Below, piece by piece: positions 56,581-64,000 of a DNA stretch of 64,000 bases (positions are counted from its first letter, which is position 1; every line of letters begins with the position of its first letter). The stretch is taken from NCBI GenBank assembly GCA_035571315.1, contig DATMKM010000158.1, positions 20,182 through 84,181 on the forward strand. The letters run 5' to 3'. Source of the stretch: Candidatus Acidiferrum sp. Lineage in GTDB: Bacteria > Chloroflexota > Dormibacteria > Dormibacterales > Dormibacteraceae. The position numbers were made by a program, and so were the translations under genes. The notes beneath the pieces were generated by a model. It saw only the letters and a program-made list of their open reading frames with translations, had not been told where the DNA came from and searched no databases.

Positions 56581-58878
56581 CTACTCGTAGCGGAGGGCAC
56601 GCGCCGGATCCTGGACGGCGGCTCTCAGTGCCGGGAGGAGGCCGCTGACCGTGCTCAGCACGATCGCCACGACGAGCGCCGCCGCCACGACCCCGAAGTC
56701 CGTGCGGAACACGTCAAAGCCGGCGCCGGCGACCGATTGGGTCAGCCGGTCGACGGCAGCGTTGCCGAGGCGGCCCAGCCCGACCGCGATGAAGATCCCG
56801 ACCAGGCCGCCCGCAAGCCCGATGAAGGCGGCTTCGGCGACGAAGATGAGCAGCACGTCGCGCCGGCGCGCGCCGAGTGCCTTCAGGACCCCGATCTCCT
56901 TGGTCCGCTCGAGGACCGCGGTGTACATCGTGTTGGCGATGCCGAGACAGGCGAGGAGCAGAGCGACCAGCGCGAGCCCCAGGAGAGCCACGCGCATCTT
57001 TCCGAGCAGGTCCTCGAAGCTGCGGAACTGGTCGCCAAACGTCTGGGCCTGGAACCCTAGCGCCTCGACACGCTGCTGCAGGCTGTCGACCGAAAGGCCG
57101 GAATCGGCCAGCAGCGTGATGGTCGAATACTCCCCGCCCCTCCAAGCGTTGGTCCGCGCGAGCTGCGCCCAGTAATCACGCTCTGTCGTGTAGGGCGCCA
57201 TGCCGCCGGGCGCACCCGCCGGCATCGCGTTGCCGGACACGATTCCGACGACGAGCAACTTCAGCTCAAGAGGGCTCGTGACTGGGTTGCGAGTCACGCC
57301 CGGGACCATCAGCGCACCGGAGGTGGCGCTGTAGACGACTTGTGTCCCGATCGCGCCACGGGGTGCGGGGAAGCCGAGAGCGGTCGCCTCGCTGTCCGTC
57401 AGAAGCACCTCGGAGGCAGCGTCGGACTTGGGCAGGCGGCCGGCGCTCAGCACTGGCATCACGCTCGACGAACGCAGAGGGGCTAGCGAAACCAGCGCCC
57501 CTGACAGCGCGGGCCGCGGCGCTGCGGCCGATCCAGCGCGCGTCCCGGTGGCGAAGGTCCCGCTCATCGAGAGCTGACCCCAGGCGGCGCTCACGTGAGG
57601 CTGCCCCGCAAGGGTGGCCAAGGTGCCGCCGTCAAAAGTAGAGGTTCCCGCGTCGGCGGCGGGATAGACCTCGACCTGATGCACCTGGCTCGTCGCCAGG
57701 GCCGGGGCGTCGAGAGCCCCCTGCAGCCCCCCGGCCAGGGCGACGATCAGGCTCATCGCGGCGATGCCGATGGCGACTCCGGTGGTCGTGAGCGCGGTGC
57801 GCAGCGGCCGTCGGCCCGCGCTCCCGAGGCCGACTTTCAGCGTGTCGCGCCAGTGGAGTCGCGGAGCCGGATCGACCGGCTCCTGCTTCCGCACGGTGGG
57901 ATTTCCCGCGTCGAGCTCGATCGCTCGCCCGTCGATCATCCTCACGACGCGGTGGGCGCGCCGAGCGACCTCCGGGTCGTGGGTCACCAGCACCACAGTC
58001 GCTCCGCGGTGATTGAGGTCCTCGAGCAGGTTCAGGACCCCTTCGCCCGCGGCCGAGTCGAGGCTGCCGGTCGGCTCGTCGGCGAGGATGAGCCCGGGGC
58101 GGTTGGCCAGAGCGCGAGCCACCGCAACCTTCTGCTGCTCTCCGCCTGAGAGGAGTCGAGCGCGCGAACGGGCACGATGCTCGAGGCCAACCAGTGCCAG
58201 CAGGTGCCGCGCGCGCTTGAGCCGTTCCTCGAGCTCCACCCCCGCCAGTGTCATCGGGAGCGCCACGTTGTCTTCGATCGTCATCGAGGGGATGAGATTG
58301 AAGGTCTGGAAGATCGTGCTCACGCGCTGGAGCCGGTAGTCGGCGAGGTCCTGCTCCGAAAGCTCGCCGAGCGGAAGGCCGGCCGCGTAAACGTGTCCGG
58401 TGGTGGGTTTGTCGAGTCCACCCATCATCGAGAGCAAGGTGGTCTTGCCGCAGCCGGACGGACCGACGACCGCGACGAACTCACATGGCCCGATCTCGAG
58501 CGAGACGTTCCGGAGCGCGCTCACGTGCATCTGGTCACTCCCGCCAAACTCGCGGGAGACCGAATCCAGACGCAGGCCGACCGCCTGGCCGAGCAGGTCG
58601 TTGAAATCGTCCGGCTCTGCCATCGGAGCCTCCACGAGGATCGCCTGGTGCAGTGGAGATTCCAGCTCGGGCACGAGCGCGACCGACACGACCTGCGCCT
58701 CGGCCATCTGCGCGGGCGGAATCGTCTCGGTCGCGCTGCCGTTGCCGTTCGCGCTGCCGTGGTCGCCGTGGGCCTGTTCCAGCGCGGCGGCCGCCTCGCG
58801 GCGCGCCTGGCGACGGCGGCGCTTTTTGGGGCCGTTGGAATCGCCGGGAACGTCGACTACGGTTGCCACCCCGTCCAT
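56581..58878 (-). CDS. MacB-like fused ABC transporter (ATPase + FtsX-type permease) with a disordered ~100-aa N-terminus
   Basis: 765 aa. ...VVGPSGCGKTTLLSMMGGL...LSGGEQQKVAVARAL...ILADEPTGSLD...then 4 TM with a large extracytoplasmic loop and an FtsX-like C-terminus. Confidence 0.85.
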   Translation of the reverse strand: MDGVATVVDVPGDSNGPKKRRRRQARREAAAALEQAHGDHGSANGNGSATETIPPAQMAEAQVVSVALVPELESPLHQAILVEAPMAEPDDFNDLLGQAVGLRLDSVSREFGGSDQMHVSALRNVSLEIGPCEFVAVVGPSGCGKTTLLSMMGGLDKPTTGHVYAAGLPLGELSEQDLADYRLQRVSTIFQTFNLIPSMTIEDNVALPMTLAGVELEERLKRARHLLALVGLEHRARSRARLLSGGEQQKVAVARALANRPGLILADEPTGSLDSAAGEGVLNLLEDLNHRGATVVLVTHDPEVARRAHRVVRMIDGRAIELDAGNPTVRKQEPVDPAPRLHWRDTLKVGLGSAGRRPLRTALTTTGVAIGIAAMSLIVALAGGLQGALDAPALATSQVHQVEVYPAADAGTSTFDGGTLATLAGQPHVSAAWGQLSMSGTFATGTRAGSAAAPRPALSGALVSLAPLRSSSVMPVLSAGRLPKSDAASEVLLTDSEATALGFPAPRGAIGTQVVYSATSGALMVPGVTRNPVTSPLELKLLVVGIVSGNAMPAGAPGGMAPYTTERDYWAQLARTNAWRGGEYSTITLLADSGLSVDSLQQRVEALGFQAQTFGDQFRSFEDLLGKMRVALLGLALVALLLACLGIANTMYTAVLERTKEIGVLKALGARRRDVLLIFVAEAAFIGLAGGLVGIFIAVGLGRLGNAAVDRLTQSVAGAGFDVFRTDFGVVAAALVVAIVLSTVSGLLPALRAAVQDPARALRYE

Positions 58879-58901
58879 GAGTCTAAGTGTTGACTTAACG
58901 C

Positions 58902-59234
58902 TTAGTCGCCTTGTTGCGTTACTTGATCTGCGAGCCAGTTCAGGTAGTCGGCCGACCCGCCCTCGACGCTGATCTGCAGGATCTCCGGCAGTTCGTATTC
59001 GTGGTGAGTTCGGACGTATTCCTGAACCGCGGCGGCCTGGGACTCCAGGGTCTTCACGAGCAAAAGCGCCTCGTGCTCACGCTTCAGCTGGCCTTGCCAG
59101 TAATAGACCGAATGGACAGTCGAGATGACCGAGCAGCACCCTGCGAGATGTCCTACCACGAGGGCCTCGCCGAGGCGCTCCGCGTCGTTGCGGCCACCGG
59201 TCGTGACCATGATCAAGACCGCTCTGTCCGCCAC
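58902..59234 (-). CDS. cutA: Divalent-cation tolerance protein CutA
   Basis: 110 aa. ...LAGCCSVISTVHSVYYWQGQLKREHEALLLVKT...HEYELPEIL. Confidence 0.85.
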   Translation of the reverse strand: MADRAVLIMVTTGGRNDAERLGEALVVGHLAGCCSVISTVHSVYYWQGQLKREHEALLLVKTLESQAAAVQEYVRTHHEYELPEILQISVEGGSADYLNWLADQVTQQGD

Positions 59235-59237
59235 GTC

Positions 59238-59906
59238 CTAATTGTCGGGCTTTACCGGACGGTCCAACCAGACTGTCGCCGCCACGAGGGCGATGCCGCC
59301 CAGCAGCAGTCCGCCGATCACGTCCGACTCCCAGTGGACGTCGAGATACAGCCGGTCGAAGGCGAGGGCGACGACGATGAGGGTCGCGGCCGGGAGGGCG
59401 AGGAGTCGCGCCACACGTGACGGCGCGAGGCGGCGGACGACAAAGGCGAGCAGGCCGTAGGCAACGACCGCCCGCACCATGTGCCCGCTCGGAAAGCTGT
59501 TGCCCAGCCCGTTTCCAAGGAAAAGGTCGGTCACGCTCGGACCGTCCTGATGAGAGAGTGAGGGTGGCGGCCCCGGATGAAAGAACAGCTCCTTGTAGAC
59601 CAGCTCGAGCACGACGGCGCCGGCGAACGCAATCACGACAAGGGCGTCGGCCCCGAACCCGCCGCGCCATAAGTAAAAGAAGAGCCCGACCATGAGCGCG
59701 GTAGTGAGCTCGAGCCCACCGAGCTCGGCGATCAGCTGGAACAGCCCCTGCAGAGATTCCTGCCAGATGCTGTGCATCGCCTCCGCGACCTGGTGGTCGA
59801 GGCTCGCGAAGACTCCTGCTGTAATCGCAATTGTCAGCGCGACGAACGCGACCGCAAGCACGACGATCGCGAAGAGCCTCGGGTACAGCCTCTCTAATGC
59901 TGGCAC
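59238..59906 (-). CDS. PAP2-family membrane phosphatase
   Basis: ...SFPSGHMVRAV...DVHWESDVIGGLLLG (PAP2 motifs). Start taken at GTG 59906, a 13-nt overlap with mutM. The ORF track start is 60035. Confidence 0.75.
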   Translation of the reverse strand: MPALERLYPRLFAIVVLAVAFVALTIAITAGVFASLDHQVAEAMHSIWQESLQGLFQLIAELGGLELTTALMVGLFFYLWRGGFGADALVVIAFAGAVVLELVYKELFFHPGPPPSLSHQDGPSVTDLFLGNGLGNSFPSGHMVRAVVAYGLLAFVVRRLAPSRVARLLALPAATLIVVALAFDRLYLDVHWESDVIGGLLLGGIALVAATVWLDRPVKPDN

Positions 59907-60799
59907 TTGGTGCAGAAGACTGTGCTCCGTCCCGCGAGGCGGATCATCTTGAGCGGCCGCCCGCACGTGAAGCATGGTTCGCCGGCGCGGCCGTAGACCA
60001 GCAGCTTCTCCTGCTGACCTCCGAGCTCGCCCCACGCGTCGCGATAAGTGTCGACCGAGCTGCCGCGGTTTCTAATCGCCGTTAGCAGTGAATCGCGCAG
60101 AGACTCGTGCAGTCGTTGCGCCGACTTGCGGCTGAGGCCCGCGGCCATGCGGTCAGGCCGCAGGCGGGCGCGATGCATGGACTCGTCCGCATAGATATTG
60201 CCAACGCCCGCGATCGCGCCTTGATCGAGCAACACAGCTTTCAACGAGGTGTGCCGCTTCCGCAGACTTCGATAGAGCTCGTCGGGCGCGAAAGCGGGAT
60301 CGATCGGTTCGGGGCCGAGCCTCGGCATCTTTTTCGAAGCGAGAAGCGACTCTTGGGTGCCGAGCAGCAGACGACCGAAACGCCGCGGATCGCGATAGCG
60401 CAACTGCCGTGAAGGGCGGGCCGGAAAACTGGATGGCTCACTTCCCCGCTGGCGGAGAAGGTGGCGCGCACCGCCGGATGGGGAACTTGAGTCTCCATCC
60501 AGCGTGAAGATCGCGTGCGTGTGTTTTTCGATGGGCGCGTCAGCGTCCACCAGCCGCAGCTGTCCCGTCATGCCGAGATGGACCACCAGGAGAAGGTCGT
60601 GGTCGAGGTCCATGAGGATGAACTTCCCGCGTCTCCTCACCGCGTTGATGCGCATGCCGGCGACGGAGTCGACGAACACCTCCGGCTCCGGGTGCCGGAC
60701 GATGGTTGGGAAAGGAAGCTCGGCGCGCACGATGGTACGCCCGACCAGGTGCGGCCGCAGGTCCGCGACGATCGTCTCTACTTCGGGAAGTTCAGGCAC
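59894..60799 (-). CDS. mutM: Formamidopyrimidine-DNA glycosylase (Fpg/MutM) carrying a 27-aa insertion
   Basis: 301 aa. MPELPEVETIV...HLGMTGQL...RYRDPRRFG...GVGNIYADE...zinc finger CFTCGRPL...FCTKCQ. Confidence 0.9.
   Translation of the reverse strand: MPELPEVETIVADLRPHLVGRTIVRAELPFPTIVRHPEPEVFVDSVAGMRINAVRRRGKFILMDLDHDLLLVVHLGMTGQLRLVDADAPIEKHTHAIFTLDGDSSSPSGGARHLLRQRGSEPSSFPARPSRQLRYRDPRRFGRLLLGTQESLLASKKMPRLGPEPIDPAFAPDELYRSLRKRHTSLKAVLLDQGAIAGVGNIYADESMHRARLRPDRMAAGLSRKSAQRLHESLRDSLLTAIRNRGSSVDTYRDAWGELGGQQEKLLVYGRAGEPCFTCGRPLKMIRLAGRSTVFCTKCQH
60410..60490 (-). repeat. 81-nt in-frame insertion in mutM containing copy B of the hairpin repeat
   Basis: Encodes SSSPSGGARHLLRQRGSEPSSFPARPS between ...FTLDGD and RQLRYRDPRRFG, a segment absent from E. 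coli and M. tuberculosis Fpg as I recall them. The core 60439..60485 matches 56529..56575. It can form CUUCUCCG-CCAG-CGGGGAAG. It begins and ends with TCA. Confidence 0.5.
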
Positions 60800-63479
60800 G
60801 CAAGACCGCGAGCTTTTTCATGTCCGCCCAGTTGGGTCCGACCTTGGTTTCGACCTCGATGCCCGTTTCGAGCTCGTACGCGCTGGTCATGATGCGCGGC
60901 ACCTTCTCCGCAAACTGATCCACTTCTGACTCAGGCACCTCGAACAGCAGCTCGTCGTGAACCTGCAGCAGCATGCGTCCCTCGATCTGATCCGCCTCGA
61001 TCTCTCGCTGCAAGCGCACCATGGCGATCTTGATGATGTCGGCCGCCAGCGACTGCATGGGGAAGTTGATGGCCATTCTCTCAGCCGCGCTGCGCAGCTG
61101 AAAGTTCGGTGACCGCAGGTCAGGAATCGCGCGGCGCCGGCCGGTGGCGCTGACGACGAACCCTTCCTCGCGCGCCTTCTTCCGAACCTCGTCGAGGTAT
61201 TCCTTCAAGCGCGCATAGGTGGCCCAGTACTGCGCGAGGAACTCCCGCGCCACGTCACCGGTGATGCTGAGCTGCTGAGACAGGCCGTACTCGCCCTGTC
61301 CGTAGATGGACCCGAAGTTAGCGACCTTCGCCAGCCTGCGCTGGTTTGGATCCACCGACTCGATCGGAATTCCGAACACGGCTGCGGCGGTCGCGGTGTG
61401 AATGTCCTGGCCCGCCGCGAACGCGCCGAGCAGCTTCGGATCGCCGCTGAGGTGCGCCGCGATGCGCAACTCGATCTGTGAATAGTCCGCGGACACCATC
61501 ACGTGACTGGGCCGTGCCGCCTTGAACGCGCGGCGGATGCGCTGCCCGAGCTCGGTCCTGATCGGGATGTTCATCAGGTTCGGGTTGGACGACGAGAGCC
61601 GCCCGGTGGCGGTGCTCGCCTGCCCGAACGAGGTGTGAACACGGCCGCTCAGCGGATCGACCAGCTGCGGCAGCGAGTCGACGTACGTCGACTTGAGCTT
61701 CGACAGCTGCCGGTGCTCGAGGATCAGGCCGATGATCGGATGCTTGTCGCGCAGCGCCTCGAGCGTATCCGCGTCGGTCGAATAGCCAGTCTTCGTCCGC
61801 TTGCCGACGGGAAGTCGAAGGTCTTCGAACAGCACCTTGGCCAGCTGTTGTGGAGCGCCGAGGTTGAACTTCTGGCCCGCGACCTGCTCGACCTCTGACT
61901 CGATCGCCGCCAGCTGCTCGCCCAGCTCTTCCTGCATGTCCTTGAGGTAGGGCACGTCGATCGCGACACCCTCCGACTCCATGTCCGCGAGCACACCCGC
62001 GAGCGGGAGCTCGATCTCGTGAAAGAGATAGTCGACGCCGAGGTTGGTCATCTCTGCTTCGAGGCGAGGGCGTAGGTTGAGGATCGCCTCGGCACGACGC
62101 GCGGCGAACTCCGCCGCTTCGCTGCGAGCAACGTCGCCCGGCTTGCGTGCCGCGCGTCCGGTGCCCAGCAGCTGCTCGGTGCTGACGAGCGTGACGTCTA
62201 GGAACTCTCGCGCCAGGTCCTCGAGCCGTGGGTCCCGCGAGCCCGCGCCGAGAAGGTAGGCCGCGAGAAACGTGCTGAACGCCCACTCGCGCTTCCCGCC
62301 TCCCAGCGACCGCAGCGCAAGCTCAGTCTCTTTGGCGTCGTGGCCAGAGATGGGCCGGCCCGAGAGGGTGCTCGCGACCGCGTCCATCGCGTCAGGCGCG
62401 GCGGCGTAAAACGTTTGATGGCCCGTCGACACGCCCAGGCCGCAGATGCGCGCCGAGCGGCCCGCGCCTTCATTGAACGCGAAGACAGCCACGTCGGCGG
62501 ATCCGGCGAGCAGGCCCGCCGCTTCGGCCGGGTCATCGACAATCCTCAAGCCTGCGGGCTCGGGCGCGGGCTCGAAAGCGAGGCTCGGCTGGACCGGCAC
62601 CTGGTCCGGAGGCGGGAACCGGCTCAGCAGCTGCCTGAACTCCATCCGGTCGAAGACGAGCCGCACCTTCTCGTAGTCGTAACGAGTCCAGCGGGCGCGT
62701 TCGAGATCGAGCTCGATGGGAACGTCGCGCACGATCGTGACCATGCGTTTGCCCAGTCGCACCTGCTCTTGGTTCGCTTTGAGTGATGTCTTCAAACGCC
62801 CGTCGGGCAATTCGTCAACCCGCTCGAGGAGCGCCTCGATGGTCCCGAAGTCCTGAACCAATTTCGCAGCGGTCTTGTCGCCGACACCAGGGACGCCGGG
62901 AATGTTGTCGGACGTGTCGCCGCGCAGCGCTTTGAAGTCGATGAGCTGCGACGGCTCAAACCCGTAGCGCTGGCGAACCTGGTCGGGTCCGTACACGAAC
63001 GTGTCCGTGATGCCCCGTCGTGGCACGAGCGCTTCGACTGACTCCGAAACAAGCTGCAGGCAGTCGAGGTCTCCGGAAACGATCGTGACCGCGTGTCCTC
63101 GTTCCTCGGCGAGCCGGGAAAGCGTGCCGATCAGGTCGTCAGCCTCGAAGCCTTCGATGCCGTAGATCGGGATCGAAAATGCCTGCAGCAGCTCACGCAC
63201 CTTCTCGATCTGCGGCCGCAGGTCGTCGGGCATCGCGCGCCGGCCGGCCTTGTATTCCTTGTATTCAATTGACCGAAATGTCGGCGCGCCCACGTCGAAG
63301 GTCCCGATCGCGAACTCGGGCCGCGAGGCGAGGACGATCGCCAGCATGGACGTGAAGCCGTAGACCGCGTTCGTCACCTGGCCGTCGGACGTGCTCATTG
63401 GAGGCAGCGCGAAAAACGCCCTGTAGATGAGGCTGTGGGCGTCGATCAAGACCACCCTCCCCCGCTTCCCCTTAGCCAC
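60792..63479 (-). CDS. polA: DNA polymerase I
   Basis: 895 aa. 5'-nuclease domain (VLIDAHSLIYRAFFALP...), 3'-5' exo-like region, and pol domain (...ADYSQIELR...QVHDELLFE...). GTG start. Confidence 0.95.
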   Translation of the reverse strand: MAKGKRGRVVLIDAHSLIYRAFFALPPMSTSDGQVTNAVYGFTSMLAIVLASRPEFAIGTFDVGAPTFRSIEYKEYKAGRRAMPDDLRPQIEKVRELLQAFSIPIYGIEGFEADDLIGTLSRLAEERGHAVTIVSGDLDCLQLVSESVEALVPRRGITDTFVYGPDQVRQRYGFEPSQLIDFKALRGDTSDNIPGVPGVGDKTAAKLVQDFGTIEALLERVDELPDGRLKTSLKANQEQVRLGKRMVTIVRDVPIELDLERARWTRYDYEKVRLVFDRMEFRQLLSRFPPPDQVPVQPSLAFEPAPEPAGLRIVDDPAEAAGLLAGSADVAVFAFNEGAGRSARICGLGVSTGHQTFYAAAPDAMDAVASTLSGRPISGHDAKETELALRSLGGGKREWAFSTFLAAYLLGAGSRDPRLEDLAREFLDVTLVSTEQLLGTGRAARKPGDVARSEAAEFAARRAEAILNLRPRLEAEMTNLGVDYLFHEIELPLAGVLADMESEGVAIDVPYLKDMQEELGEQLAAIESEVEQVAGQKFNLGAPQQLAKVLFEDLRLPVGKRTKTGYSTDADTLEALRDKHPIIGLILEHRQLSKLKSTYVDSLPQLVDPLSGRVHTSFGQASTATGRLSSSNPNLMNIPIRTELGQRIRRAFKAARPSHVMVSADYSQIELRIAAHLSGDPKLLGAFAAGQDIHTATAAAVFGIPIESVDPNQRRLAKVANFGSIYGQGEYGLSQQLSITGDVAREFLAQYWATYARLKEYLDEVRKKAREEGFVVSATGRRRAIPDLRSPNFQLRSAAERMAINFPMQSLAADIIKIAMVRLQREIEADQIEGRMLLQVHDELLFEVPESEVDQFAEKVPRIMTSAYELETGIEVETKVGPNWADMKKLAVLRA

Positions 63480-63555
63480 GTTCGTATCCTACCCAGGCCT
63501 CAGGAAGATCAAATTTCGGGGGTTCTGAGGTCCGAAAGGTATAGTGGGACCGAGG

Positions 63556-64000
63556 ATGAAAAACCTCATCGAGGTCTCCGTCGACAGCATCCGGATCCAT
63601 ATGCCGACCGCCCAGCACCTGGTGATCCTCAAAGAGAAGGAGGCCGATCGGTACCTGCCGATCTGGATCGGCTCTTTCGAGGCGCAGGCGATCGCCACCA
63701 AGATTTCGGGCAACCCCCTGGGCCGGCCCCTGACACACGACCTGATGGCGACGGCGTTCGGCGATCTCGGGATCAGCGTGAGGCGCATCGTGGTGACGCG
63801 GCTCGCCGACCAGGTGTTTTACGCCCGGCTCTACGTCAAACAGAACGGACGTGACCTCGACTTCGACGCGCGACCGTCCGACGCCATTGCCCTGGCCGTG
63901 CGAGTCGAATGCCCGATCTTCGTCGCGGAGGAGGTCATGGAGTCGGCCGGCATCATCCCGGACGCGGATGAGGAGGCCGGCGAGAAGGACAAGGCCGAGA
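63556..64000 (+). CDS. Bifunctional nuclease family protein (DUF151), 3' end outside the window
   Basis: Not in the ORF track (no stop within the window). Hand translation gives MKNLIEVSVDSIRIHMPTAQHLVILKEKEADRYLPIWIGSFEAQAIATKISGNPLGRPLTHDLMATAFGDLGISVRRIVVTRLADQVFYARLYV...RPSDAIALAVRVECPIFV. An alternative GTG start is at 63544. Confidence 0.75.
   Translation, partial: MKNLIEVSVDSIRIHMPTAQHLVILKEKEADRYLPIWIGSFEAQAIATKISGNPLGRPLTHDLMATAFGDLGISVRRIVVTRLADQVFYARLYVKQNGRDLDFDARPSDAIALAVRVECPIFVAEEVMESAGIIPDADEEAGEKDKAE

Overview
High-GC (by eye about two-thirds G+C) bacterial chromosomal window with about 60 protein genes. More than 85% are on the minus strand, in long operons whose genes mostly abut or overlap by 1-13 nt. 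I saw no rRNA, tRNA, CRISPR array, transposase or integrase. The content is core metabolism and repair, in an order typical of Actinomycetota-like/Terrabacteria genomes. From left to right: a ThrC-like/MoaD-like/NIL trio; a 15-gene aromatic supraoperon (trpEGDCFBA-aroH-DAHP synthase-tyrA-aroA plus B3/B4, Nudix, AKR and OSBS/NAAAR genes); an ECF sigma module; a NAD-type formate dehydrogenase (FDH) operon; secG-sodA-gpmA-tpiA-pgk-gap-whiA; a ~10.5-kb block (E1-beta, M24 peptidase, two APC permeases, a KdpDE-like two-component system, DUF2332, an epimerase) sitting between whiA and a RapZ-like gene; uvrC; uvrB-2xPaaI-uvrA-MFS behind a LexA box; and polA-mutM-PAP2-cutA-MacB-like ABC-moeA. The most notable observations are: (1) the FDH catalytic gene has an in-frame UGA followed by an fdhF-like SECIS hairpin, so it is a selenoprotein that the ORF track splits in two; (2) the FDH alpha chain is split inside its Mo-bisPGD domain, and the two halves are encoded in permuted order around a NuoE-NuoF fusion; (3) an 81-nt hairpin-forming repeat is inserted in-frame in mutM, with a second copy in an intergenic spacer; (4) homology supports non-canonical start codons (ATT for whiA, CTG for pgk and an MFS gene); (5) the RapZ-like protein has lost its Walker A motif, and the conserved rapZ-yvcK-whiA synteny is broken. 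I did not find a clear-cut new defence or mobile system. All function calls come from by-eye motif recognition and recalled homologue sequences. No database search was run, and gene starts are often uncertain.
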